The translations under genes and the position numbers were made by a program. DNA of 62,580 nucleotides, the filler included, from Candidatus Fermentibacterota bacterium (GTDB lineage: Bacteria > JAFGKV01), in assembly GCA_016928395.1 (NCBI GenBank). It is 8 parts of 8 records of this genome, joined end to end, with 100 filler letters (N's around TTAATTAATTAA, not from the genome) between each part and the next. Parts side by side here need not be neighbours in the genome. Positions count along the whole stretch, not along the records: positions 1 to 5,764 come from JAFGKV010000049.1; positions 5,865 to 9,068 come from JAFGKV010000314.1; positions 9,169 to 19,908 come from JAFGKV010000315.1; 5 more parts are not named here. One strand, written 5' to 3'. The notes below the pieces were generated by a model, which saw nothing but the letters and a program-made list of their open reading frames with translations, made no database searches and was not told the origin of the DNA. Positions 1 through 9,441 of the stretch are shown in pieces (the stretch's first letter is position 1; each line of letters starts with the position of its first letter).

Positions 1-90
1 CACGATCTCGAAGAGGAAGGTGGCCTCAGGGCGTTCCAGGGGTGTGTAGCCGATCTCGTCGAGGATGAGGAGTCGGGGTCGCAGCAGTGA
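1..90 (-). mobile_element. istB: IS21-family IstB ATPase fragment (runs off the window edge)
   Basis: Minus strand reads PRLLILDEIGYTPLERPEATFLFEIV, matching the IstB Walker B region (LLILDEIGY). Confidence 0.75.
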
Positions 91-1098
91 TAGCGAGCTA
101 GGGACGCAGGTAAAATGTCAAGTTGCGGGGAACCGCAGGCGCTGGTTTCGAGGTTGCCGAATGAGAATCTGCGCTGTGGAGGCGGCACGGGAGCATGACG
201 GCGGGATCAGGCAGTGCATTGGGGGATTTGATGGGTTCGCGCTTCGGGCACGTTGGGGAAGCGCCGGAAGACCGGCGATGTGGAGCGAATGATCATGGTC
301 GCACGGGGAAGGAGCAAGGAACCTGCCAACTGGCGGACTCCTGTCTGCGTGCAGCCAGCTTCAAGCCCACTGGCCGCCACTATTCTCAGGGGAGAATAGT
401 GCCCAAGGTCATCCGATCTCGCCTCTCACGCTCCGCCATTCCCAAACTGCCAACGCTTCCCGGTTCAATTCATGCAGCACAACGCCCCGCTCATCCGTTC
501 TCCACGGGTGGTCGGTCGAAGTTCGGCTGCCTTCTTCGATCAGGGAGCTGCCTGGTGCCAGGGCTTCTCCTGTGACAAATCGGATGAGTGGTGAGCCATT
601 TCTCCTGAAAGCACACAAGAGGATGACGAACGAGGCGATCAGGGAGGTGCGTGGGAGCTATTCGGCGGTTTCACAAACGCACCGGCGGTGCGTCTGCCGG
701 GGACGGCACGCCGGGCATTCGCTAAGCGGATCGCGGTGATTGAGAAGAGACTGTCACATGTCAAAGCTTGGCCCCGCACCTGCGGATGCGGGGTACTGAC
801 CCTAATGCCTTCGCCTCGGTGCCATGCTCGTTTCGACGGTGAGCGCGAGGCCGCGGGCGGCCTCTGCTCTTCTCGGCCCCTGAACAAACGGCCGAGCCGC
901 ACCCTTGCCTCGTGCAGTGACTTCTTCAAGCAGATCCGGACGCGTGTCCTTGCCCGCAGTCGGTTTCCCACTGCGCTCCGCGTCCGCAATCGACGTGGCT
1001 TGGTCTCGCACCTGCGGGTGCTGGGTAGGCTGATTGGTTCACAGCCTTGATATCACGGCCTGCGCGTGCGACCTTCTTCGGTTGAGGAGGTGAATGAG

Positions 1099-1335
1099 AT
1101 GGTTGTTGTTCAGGCAAGGGTCTTGGACCCCACACACCTGGAGCTGGCCAAGCCCATTGCCATCAGCCGCGGCCGCAACGTGTTTGTTGTGGTTACCGAA
1201 TCGACCGGCGCGGATGCTGAGAGACAGCAGTGGCTTGCCGGGTCCTCGGAATCGCTCCGGAACGCGTACGGCGAGTCTGAACCCGAATACACCCCTTCGA
1301 TGGTTCGGGAGGCCAATCCAGGTTACGGAGCATGA
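1099..1335 (+). CDS. Small antitoxin-like protein coupled to the PemK toxin
   Basis: RBS GAGGAGGTG upstream; ATGA overlap with next gene; C-terminal AYGESEPEY motif typical of this antitoxin class. Confidence 0.6.
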   Translation: MVVVQARVLDPTHLELAKPIAISRGRNVFVVVTESTGADAERQQWLAGSSESLRNAYGESEPEYTPSMVREANPGYGA

Positions 1336-1712
1336 AGGAAGGTGATGTCATCCTGACACCGCTGCCTCAGGCAGACGGCGCAACGAAGAATCGCCCGGCG
1401 CTCCTGCTTCGAGAACTCCCACCTTTCGGAGACTACCTCGCCTGCGGCATCAGCACGCAGCTTCATCAAGCGGTTCCGGAATTCGACGAGATCATATCGA
1501 AGGCCGACGTGGACTTCGCGGACTCCGGCCTTCTTTCAAGCTCTGTCATTCGCCTGGGTTTCCTCGCTGTCCTGCCGAGTCAGAGAATCCTCGGAGCGAT
1601 CGGTCATGTCGCACCTGATCGTCACGCACGACTCCTAAGAACACTCAGCAAGCATCTGGTCGCCAATCTGAATGGATCTGCCGCCAAGGCAATGGGCAGC
1701 GGGAAGAGGTAG
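1332..1712 (+). CDS. PemK/MazF-family toxin
   Basis: GDVILTPLPQADGATKNRPALLL...CGIST motif. Confidence 0.85.
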   Translation: MKEGDVILTPLPQADGATKNRPALLLRELPPFGDYLACGISTQLHQAVPEFDEIISKADVDFADSGLLSSSVIRLGFLAVLPSQRILGAIGHVAPDRHARLLRTLSKHLVANLNGSAAKAMGSGKR

Positions 1713-2079
1713 ACGCGCTTCGCACGGTCCCTTCTCGCATAGCTGCTTAGGGTCAGAGTACCAGGAGAAAGTCAAGGGGTTTCTTTGGATTTGTGACACA
1801 AGGATCTCTTCCCGTTCCGGCATCTGCCGGTTTTCGAACTCCTTCCCGTTCAGGACTTCGGCTCTCGACGCGCGACGTCCTCGAGGTCTGACGACGTCGG
1901 TGGCCGACCCTCTCCGTGTGCGGGGCGAACACGGTTCGGGAACCGAATAGCCGCGGACGCGAGGAATCGCGTGGAGCGAATGGAAGAATCGGAGGGTGAA
2001 GGATAGCATTGTCCCCGTGCAATGGACTCCGCTGGACATGCGTGTAGATTGTCTGACAATCTGAACCTGGAGGCAGACC

Positions 2080-2316
2080 ATGAGAAGACTTGATCGAATC
2101 ACATTCAATCCTCATCTGATGGGGGGCAAGCCCTGCATCAGAGGGTTGCGCGTCACGGTCGGGATGATCGTCGGTCTCGTGGCGGCTTCGCACGACCGCG
2201 CGGAGATACTGCGGCTGTATCCATACTTGGAGCCCGAGGATATCGACCAGGCCCTCGAATACGCCGCCTGGCGCGTTGAGGAGGTGGATGTTCCTCTCGC
2301 GACGGCTTCGGCGTGA
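2080..2316 (+). CDS. DUF433 antitoxin
   Basis: RITFNPHLMGGKPCIRGLRVTV...YPYLEPEDI..ALEYAA; RBS GGAGG. Confidence 0.9.
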   Translation: MRRLDRITFNPHLMGGKPCIRGLRVTVGMIVGLVAASHDRAEILRLYPYLEPEDIDQALEYAAWRVEEVDVPLATASA

Positions 2317-2678
2317 AGATCATCATCGACATGAACCTCTCTCCTGAGTGGGAGGTCGTGTTTCGCAACTTTGGCCATGCCGCCAGCCACTGGTCGCGAA
2401 TCGGGGCTCCTGACGCATCGGATGAGGACATTCTTGGTTGGGCCAGGTTGCACGAGCATGTCGTCCTGACCCACGATCTGGACTTCGGCGCGATCCTTGC
2501 CGCAACGGGAATGGATTCCCCCAGCGTCCTGCAGGTTCGAGCACAGGATGTCAGCCCTTCACATCTGGGACCACTCGTATTGTCCGTCCTCAGGCAGTTT
2601 GAGGACACGCTGAAGTCAGGGGCCCTCATCAGCATAGACGAGGCCGGGTCCCGAGCTAGAATCCTGCCGATCCGATAG
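2313..2678 (+). CDS. DUF5615 PIN-like (VapC45-type) toxin
   Basis: MKIIIDMNLSP...DEDIL...VLTHDLDFG; GTGA overlap with DUF433. Confidence 0.9.
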   Translation: MKIIIDMNLSPEWEVVFRNFGHAASHWSRIGAPDASDEDILGWARLHEHVVLTHDLDFGAILAATGMDSPSVLQVRAQDVSPSHLGPLVLSVLRQFEDTLKSGALISIDEAGSRARILPIR

Positions 2679-2876
2679 TCACACAAAAGGGACGGCTGGT
2701 GGGGTCAGGGACGGCTGGTGGGGCACCAGGTAGTGCATTGGGGGATTTGATGGGGTCACGCTTCGGGTACGTCGTCATGAGACTGCGCATTGAATCACCG
2801 GCCGTAGACAGGGCGGCGGCGGATAGGTATATTTCTGCGATTGGATTCACCTGATCCCCCAGCACGAGGGAAGGAC

Positions 2877-3425
2877 ATGCACCCGAGATACAATGAGGAG
2901 AAGGCGACCCAGGCTGCGGCCCGCTTGCTGAAGCTTGCTGGGGGGCGGATGAACCACATGAAGCTCATCAAGCTCCTCTACATCGCGGATCGGAATGCCA
3001 TCTTGCGGTGGGGTCGGCCGATCACTTTCGATTGGTACTACTCGCTCCCTCATGGGCCAGTCCTGAGCCTGACACTCAACAAGGTCAGCGAGGAGCCTGA
3101 TCCTTCGTCACCTTCGTATTGGCATCGTTTCATTTCACCGAGCCAAGAGTACCAGGTTCGTCTTGTCCGCACCCCGCCCTCGGATGCCCTGTCACGTGCG
3201 GAGGAGACCCTACTCGACGAGGTCCACGCGGAGTTTGGGTCCATGGACCAGTGGCAGCTTCGCGACTACTCGCACACGCTGCCCGAGTGGCAGGACCCAC
3301 AGGGCTCGAGGTTGCCGATTGACCTCAGGGACATCCTCGCGGCAGAGGGGTTCGACGAAGAAAGGATAGGGGAGGTCGAGGAGGCCCTCTCCGCGGAGGC
3401 CTTCGCGGAATCGCTCGGGGCATAG
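2877..3425 (+). CDS. Panacea (DUF4065/SocA-like) antitoxin
   Basis: MKLIKLLYIADR...GRPITFD.Y.SLPHGPV...YSHTLPEW motifs; likely start MHPRYNEEK. Confidence 0.85.
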   Translation: MHPRYNEEKATQAAARLLKLAGGRMNHMKLIKLLYIADRNAILRWGRPITFDWYYSLPHGPVLSLTLNKVSEEPDPSSPSYWHRFISPSQEYQVRLVRTPPSDALSRAEETLLDEVHAEFGSMDQWQLRDYSHTLPEWQDPQGSRLPIDLRDILAAEGFDEERIGEVEEALSAEAFAESLGA

Positions 3426-3817
3426 ATGGAGCTCTTCCGGTCCGGGAGAGCTTTCCTTCTGCGGGAGACTCCGGATGCGAAGCCCCACCTGTGGTTCATA
3501 CTGACCGAACCTGAAGGCGACCCGCCCGTGTGGTGGCGGTCATGCTCCGCACGTCCCAGAGCTTCACGGATGACACAGTCATCCTGGCGCCAGGTGACCA
3601 CCGTTTCGTGCGACACAGGTCATCAGTTCACTACTCGACCGCGCGGTGGTTCTCCATTCAAGCGCTCCAGAGGGCATACGAGTCCGGTCACTGCTCCTTT
3701 CAGGCCGATATGTCCGGAGCTTTGTTGGAGCGCGTCCGGGAGGGGCTCATGCGATCTCCCTTTACGGTCAACGCAATCCGGCACTACTGCGCGGCTCGGT
3801 TCGGGGCATCAGGCTAG
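3426..3817 (+). pseudogene. PemK-like partner toxin of Panacea, split by a 1-nt frameshift near 3528
   Basis: N-part (PHLWFILTEPEGDPP) in one frame continues as VVAVMLRT..DDTVILAPGDHRFVRHRS in another. Confidence 0.65.
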
Positions 3818-4385
3818 GCCGCGCGTGTGATCGACCCGCGGCCATGCGCAGGCCGGCTGGCGGGGTCAGGGGACCAGGAGGAAGCTCCTGGATTGCGGAT
3901 TGCGGAATGTGGAAGGCAGGATGACGACTGGCAAGCGATGACTGATCACTGAAGATGATCTCCTCCCGTTCCGGTGTGGGTGACTCTAAGGATGCTGGGA
4001 GAGCACCGGATAGCTGGCGAGGTGGAGCGAATGAGAGAGTCGTACGGTGAAGGAGGAAGCCAGTCGGCAGTTGGCGGTAGCCAGTCGGCAGTCCGGGCTG
4101 TCTCTTCACTCCTCATTGCCATCTCAGCGAGCGAAGTGAGGTATGCATCCACCTTTCTATCATTCCAAGATCACAGACGCGCCAGTAGTCGCCGGTAGCC
4201 AATTGGTACCGGCCCTCAGTTATGCGGCGAAGGCAGTAACAATATTGGGGCACCGTGGGGACGCAGGCTCCGAGGTCCCATAGCGGGGCGTTAGCCTAGA
4301 GGGAGCTGGCAGGCAACGGACCAGGGTCGAGTATTGCTATGGGCGAACCATCGGCAGACCCGAGTGGCGGGACGAAGTTGGGGTC

Positions 4386-4413
4386 TTGACTGAACCATAA
4401 TGAGGTCTATAAT
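4386..4413 (+). promoter_or_regulatory. Sigma70 promoter, near-leaderless, for the RelE-Phd pair
   Basis: TTGACT-16nt-TATAAT ending 8 nt before ATG 4422. Confidence 0.65.
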
Positions 4414-4421
4414 TGAGGCCT

Positions 4422-4745
4422 ATGGAACACGCGAAGGGATTCAGACTCGTGTTTGCGCCGGAGGTTGTGGGCCACCTTGAAAGGATCAAACGCAGGTACC
4501 ATGCCCTCATCCGACAGACGGTCAGCGAACGGTTGACTCATGAGCCCAACCGGCCGGCGCGAAACCGGAAGCAGCTTGAACAGCCTGCGCTCTATGAGGC
4601 AACCTGGGAACTCAGATTCGGGCCAGGCAATCGGTTCAGGGTGTTTTACGATGTAGACCTGGCGGAACGAGTCGTGTACGTGCTGGCGATCGGTGTCAAA
4701 AGGCGGGAGCGTCTGTCAATAGGGAGAGAGGAGTTCGGGCCATGA
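4422..4745 (+). CDS. RelE/ParE-family toxin
   Basis: WELRFGPGNRFRVFYDVD..ERVVYVLAIGVK. Confidence 0.85.
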   Translation: MEHAKGFRLVFAPEVVGHLERIKRRYHALIRQTVSERLTHEPNRPARNRKQLEQPALYEATWELRFGPGNRFRVFYDVDLAERVVYVLAIGVKRRERLSIGREEFGP

Positions 4746-5032
4746 GAATCGCATCACTCGCAGAAGTGAAGGCGCGGCTGAGCGCCTATGTGGACGAAAG
4801 CGTGACCAGCGGGCCCGTGGTGATCACGCGTAACGGGAAGGCGGTAGCGGTCTTGGTAGCCCCGGCAGATGATGATGATCTAGAGTCGCTGCTGCTCAGT
4901 CGCTCACCCCGTTTTCAGCGGATGATGGCACGGTCCCGCAGGAGCATCGAGTCGGGAACGGGGCTGTCTGAGGATGAGTTCTGGCGGGCGGTTTCGAGAG
5001 GGAGAAGCCCTCAGGAAGGCCAGCCGGAGTGA
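4742..5032 (+). CDS. Phd/YefM-family antitoxin
   Basis: LAEVKARLSAYVDE...GPVVITRNGKAVAVL. Confidence 0.9.
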   Translation: MRIASLAEVKARLSAYVDESVTSGPVVITRNGKAVAVLVAPADDDDLESLLLSRSPRFQRMMARSRRSIESGTGLSEDEFWRAVSRGRSPQEGQPE

Positions 5033-5423
5033 CGCAAGAGCGGATGGGCGATTCAGCGTAGGGGAATGCCGGTCTAGGCCGGCGCACGGGGCGTTGGCGA
5101 AATGTCAATCTGCTGAGCGAAAGAGCCATCCAGACAAGGCTTCATCGTCCTGCAGAGCACGCTGACATCATCCTCCGACTGCACTCCTGCATGGACCGGG
5201 GATTCGGCGCCTTGACGGAGCGGGCCGCGGCCCCTCTTTCCCCTATTCCCTTCCGAGAAAGGCCTTCACCAGGGGCCGTGACGGATACGATTGGATCTCG
5301 TGGAGCTTCCTCTCCCTTCCGAGGGCATTTCACCTCCCTTCCGAGGGCATTTCACCTTCACGAGGGGTATCTGTCTCTGGGAGAAACCGTGTCGGCGTCT
5401 GGCCGCATGCCCATCCCCTTACG

Positions 5424-5565
5424 ATGTACCTTCTGGAATCCGGCTACGACATCCGCAGGACATAAGAGCTTCTTGGCCAGAGGGCCGTGAGCGCGACCAT
5501 AATCTACGCGCACGTGTTGAACAAGGGAGGGCAAGGTGTTCGCAGCCTCGCGGATAACCTGTGGG
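5424..5565 (+). pseudogene. intI: Decayed integron integrase C-terminus
   Basis: [44 protein letters not shown] vs IntI consensus [40 protein letters not shown]; TAA at 5463-5465. Confidence 0.8.
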
Positions 5566-5764
5566 GGAGCCATGATGCGTGCGAACCATCGAGTTGTGAT
5601 AGGCTGCAATTCCCGCAGCCTATCACAACTCGGTGTTTGCGTTACTGGCGGCGTGAATGCGAAGTACTACAATGTTCTCCACGATTCGCTCGGTGAGAAC
5701 TACAGACGCTATGGACTGCACGATCTGCAGCCTGTCTCGTCTGTCTACTGCAGCATATCACTAG

Positions 5765-5864
5765 NNNNNNNNNNNNNNNNNNNNNNNNNNNNNNNNNNNN
5801 NNNNNNNNTTAATTAATTAANNNNNNNNNNNNNNNNNNNNNNNNNNNNNNNNNNNNNNNNNNNN
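5765..5864. other. Artificial contig linker; identical linkers at 9069-9168, 19909-20008, 30770-30869, 40493-40592, 54985-55084, 59749-59848
   Basis: N44-TTAATTAATTAA-N44 (stops in all frames). Confidence 0.98.
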
Positions 5865-6003
5865 GACAACGCTCACAGAACCAGTGCTCACAGGTTTCGC
5901 AGTAGCTGATGCTCGTCAGCTCGCCGCAGATGTGGCACTTGCCGTGTTGGTCGTCGGTGGTTGAGAGCATTTGCGGATTCCAGCCTGCCGGGGCGGCCAG
6001 GAT

Positions 6004-7896
6004 TCACGGCGACGACCCGCGGAGCTCATCGAGGAACTCCCTTAGGATACCGTCGCCGGTCTGGGCTTCCGTCTCGAGCGCAGCTTCGATGGAGGGGATG
6101 ACACCATCGCCGAGCGACTTGAGGCAGTTCAAGACTCGCAGCCGAAACCTTGGTTGGATGTTCTCCGTGTAAAACGGGAGCCACTCGCGAATCGTCCCCA
6201 GTGCTCGCTGAATCGCGAAACTCGTGTCGGAATGCAGATCGAGCAGGTGCCACCCGTCGAGTTGCTGCCAGCCGTGGTCGACAGTCGTAATGACTCTCAG
6301 CCTCACTCCCCCGACGACGGCGTCCCGCCGGGGCTTTGGGAGCCCCTCAACGATGCTGCGAACAAGCTGAACAGCCCACGGCGCATCTTCCACGATCAGA
6401 ACCTCACCAAGGTGCTCGTCAAGCTCGGCTGGCAGAGCCATCTGGTCCTTGGCGAGCTCCTCCGACAAATACGCCACCAGCGGGAATTGCCTCCTGGAGA
6501 CTGACCCGGCCTTCAGGCGCTGGGCAAGGGTTCTCTCGACCTCTGGCCGGATCCCCCGGCGGCCGCGCATCAAGTCCATCGCGATTGCCAACCCCCGACT
6601 GCGATCGACCTTGGGAGCCGGCCCCACATTGCTTGGGCTAGCAAGCCACTGCACCACCTCCAACATCGACTCGACATCCAACTCCTGCGCCATCTTCCGA
6701 AACGCGCACTCCGGTACGATTTCCAAGAACACGCCGCGCAACCACTTGTACAGCGGCCAAGTCCCCTCGTGGTCTGGCGGCGCTGGGAAACGCTGGTACT
6801 CGTCCACAGCCGGCATCAATCCCAGGTAGCACCGTTGCGCATCTGCCATGGTCATGTTTGCCGTGGGGGCAACGGGAACACCACGAGCCACCAACAGCCG
6901 CATGGCAGTGTCGCCCGAATGGAGATCCGTCGTTAGCTTGAGAAGTTCTAGCTGGACCCAGGTCAAATCCTCCGGAGCCTTCTCCACCCACGCGCTTGCC
7001 GGCGACGATTCGTTCAGCGACTCTCCGAAGAAGGCCAGAATGCAGGCATCCACCAAGTCCGAGAGCTCCCACCGCTTCAGCTTCCCGTCCGTCAGCGGTC
7101 CCCGCAGCCGCTCCAGCAAGCGTTCGTTGTCCCGACTCAGCTCGGCAGGCGCATCCGCCAACATCTGACACATCAACACGAACAGGCTGCCGCCCCCGAA
7201 CGGCAGATATCTGGTCTGACTGCTCCTTTTCGGGAGCACCTTCAGCGCCGCGTCGTAGGCGGTCTGGCTCGGAGCCATCTGCAGCCACGCAATCGCGGCC
7301 AGTGCCTTCTCGTTCCCGCGGCCCTTCCTCGCACGGTGCTCGATCTCCGGTAGGACACCCGCCCGTTCCCCAGCGTACACCCCCCAACGGCCCAGTGCCA
7401 ATACCGCCAGTCCCCGTACCAGCGCACTCTTGTCGTCCAGTGCACGCCGTAGCGGTTCGGGATCCTTCGGCGGCACGTTCGCAAGTAACCCCAGCGCTCC
7501 AGCGCGGACGCCCTCGCTCTTCTCGCCGAGGAGATCGACCACGGTTTGCAGCGAATCGCGCACCGCGTTGAAGCACAGGTCGCTCTCCAACTCGCTCCAG
7601 TTCGTCTCCCGCACCATCTCATCAGGGTACTGAACGGCGATGTGGCTCAAGAACATCAGCATTCGGAAGCGGTCCGGCCCATCTGGAAGCTTCAGCACAT
7701 CGATCAGCGCCGGAAGCGCCGCCAGAGTCGCATCATACCGATGCCCCTGGTGGTAGAGCTTCTCCTCCAATGCGTCTAGCGCCTGCTCCTGCGTATCTTT
7801 GTTCCGGCTCCTCAACGCCTCCAACAGAGATGGGATATCGCCCGCTGGACCGTAAGCATGCTCAATGCCACTCCAGTCAGTCTCGTCGGTCATCAT
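6004..7896 (-). CDS. HEAT-repeat protein
   Basis: N-terminal DWSGIEHAYGPAGDIPSLL..LYHQG..YDAT motif, followed by HEAT-like helices. Confidence 0.75.
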   Translation of the reverse strand: MMTDETDWSGIEHAYGPAGDIPSLLEALRSRNKDTQEQALDALEEKLYHQGHRYDATLAALPALIDVLKLPDGPDRFRMLMFLSHIAVQYPDEMVRETNWSELESDLCFNAVRDSLQTVVDLLGEKSEGVRAGALGLLANVPPKDPEPLRRALDDKSALVRGLAVLALGRWGVYAGERAGVLPEIEHRARKGRGNEKALAAIAWLQMAPSQTAYDAALKVLPKRSSQTRYLPFGGGSLFVLMCQMLADAPAELSRDNERLLERLRGPLTDGKLKRWELSDLVDACILAFFGESLNESSPASAWVEKAPEDLTWVQLELLKLTTDLHSGDTAMRLLVARGVPVAPTANMTMADAQRCYLGLMPAVDEYQRFPAPPDHEGTWPLYKWLRGVFLEIVPECAFRKMAQELDVESMLEVVQWLASPSNVGPAPKVDRSRGLAIAMDLMRGRRGIRPEVERTLAQRLKAGSVSRRQFPLVAYLSEELAKDQMALPAELDEHLGEVLIVEDAPWAVQLVRSIVEGLPKPRRDAVVGGVRLRVITTVDHGWQQLDGWHLLDLHSDTSFAIQRALGTIREWLPFYTENIQPRFRLRVLNCLKSLGDGVIPSIEAALETEAQTGDGILREFLDELRGSSP

Positions 7897-8148
7897 TCGC
7901 TCCCATCCGCGGATAAGACAAATCATCGAACAAATCCCTCATGTCTTGAAATATCCGGTGCCTGATGGATCTGGTCAAGGACGGCCAGTATTTGCGGCGT
8001 GATGTCAGCGCAGGAGCCCGTGTCGTTGCGGTTTTGGCGGCGGCAGCTTGGACGTCGCGGGCGCAGGGAGACGGTCGTCCGGGCCTACTGAATCGGTCCG
8101 GGGGCCTTGTATGGGTGTTGTGCTGTGGTCGGGCGGCCGAGGCAGGGA

Positions 8149-8319
8149 TTACCGCCATAGGGTCACGGGGGGCCGCGAGCCCACCTGCTCGATGGGTTTC
8201 TCTTTGCGGACCCGTTGGACGCTGGGTCGAGAGACTCCAGTGAGCCGCACCACCTCTTGGACGGAGTGCCCGGCCCGCAGGAGAACCTGAATCTCATGCC
8301 GCATCATCATCGAAATCAT
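8149..8319 (-). mobile_element. istA: Truncated IS21 IstA N-terminal HTH
   Basis: MMRHEIQVLLRAGHSVQEVVRLTGVSRPSVQRV; good RBS; stops after about 56 aa. Confidence 0.65.
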
Positions 8320-8393
8320 CCCCGCCTCCGTCACGGCACACGACGATGCCCGTGACGGACTGTTGTACGTCATTTCGAACCCACACTTTCCGA

Positions 8394-8980
8394 GGGATAG
8401 GAAAAACAAACGGCCTTTTTCGGCTCTCCTGACCAGGGCATGTTGATGACTTCCACTCTGAAATCCTACCGTCGCACGCACTCCCACGTCAACTCCAGAG
8501 CTGAGATCCAGATGGCGAGTCCGTCAGTTTTTGGAGTATTCGTGTGCTCCAAGGCGCACCGTTCCCGTGTTCCCCTGCGGTCCCACCGGTGGGACCGCAG
8601 GGCGCGACTCGGAGTGGCTCTCGAAGGCATCTGCAGAAATGGCGGCAGAGTCACTCCCACGGAGGCACCTGGACGACCAGGTCAAGGTCCAGGTCCATCT
8701 GCGGCGGCCCGCGAGCCGGCGAAAGCGGCGGGGGTCTTGTGGGCTCGCCGAGGGAGTCCAGGATTTTGGAGACCGCAGAAGGTTCCAAGATGAAGGCGAT
8801 GAGCTTCATCGGCTGGCCACAGCGTGGGCACAGAAGCGGAAGAGCCTCGTAGATGCGGGCGATCAGCATGGCCCACAGGTAAGACGCGCGGCGCCTGGAT
8901 GCCTTGGGCTGGCCAGCTCGATCATCCTGTCGCATATCGACGGCAGCATCTTCTTGCTCGGGTAGAGCCCCATGCACCTG
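8394..8980 (-). mobile_element. IS91/ISCR-like transposase C-terminal remnant with oriIS-like end
   Basis: WAMLIARIYEALPLLCPRCGQPMKLIAFI..KILDSLG..PPPLSPARGPP (8651-8900); minus-strand CCGTTTGTTTTTCCTATCCC at 8394-8413 resembles ISCR oriIS. Confidence 0.75.
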
Positions 8981-9441
8981 GCAGCGTCCGCAAGGCGCTC
9001 GAAAAGGGCCGGGGACGGTCCGGCGGTCTGGATCACCTGCTGGCGCATGCTAGAGTTGGGTGCCAGCANNNNNNNNNNNNNNNNNNNNNNNNNNNNNNNN
9101 NNNNNNNNNNNNTTAATTAATTAANNNNNNNNNNNNNNNNNNNNNNNNNNNNNNNNNNNNNNNNNNNNCACCCAAGGGCGCAATCGCTATCGCTATCGGA
9201 GCCGCAGCTCCGAGTACGAGTATGAGTACGAGGTCAGGATGTACTCTCAAACAAGGGCTGGGTCAGGACTGCCTACCAGCCCCTCCCTTTGGCAAAGGGA
9301 GGTTGGGAGGGATTTGCTCCTTCGCGACTGACGTCGCTCCTACAACCAGGTCGAACCACCACCCCACGTTTCGGATTTCCCGCGCAGCTTGGTCCAACAC
9401 CTGCGGATGCTGGGCGGCCCTACTGACGACCGGCTGAGCGT

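Noticed and set aside
802-1040. Possible decayed antitoxin on the minus strand
   Set aside because: Similarity too weak and frame-broken to support
5765-5864. Recurrent TTAATTAATTAA within N runs
   Set aside because: Assembly concatenation linker, not biology; ORFs crossing it are artefacts
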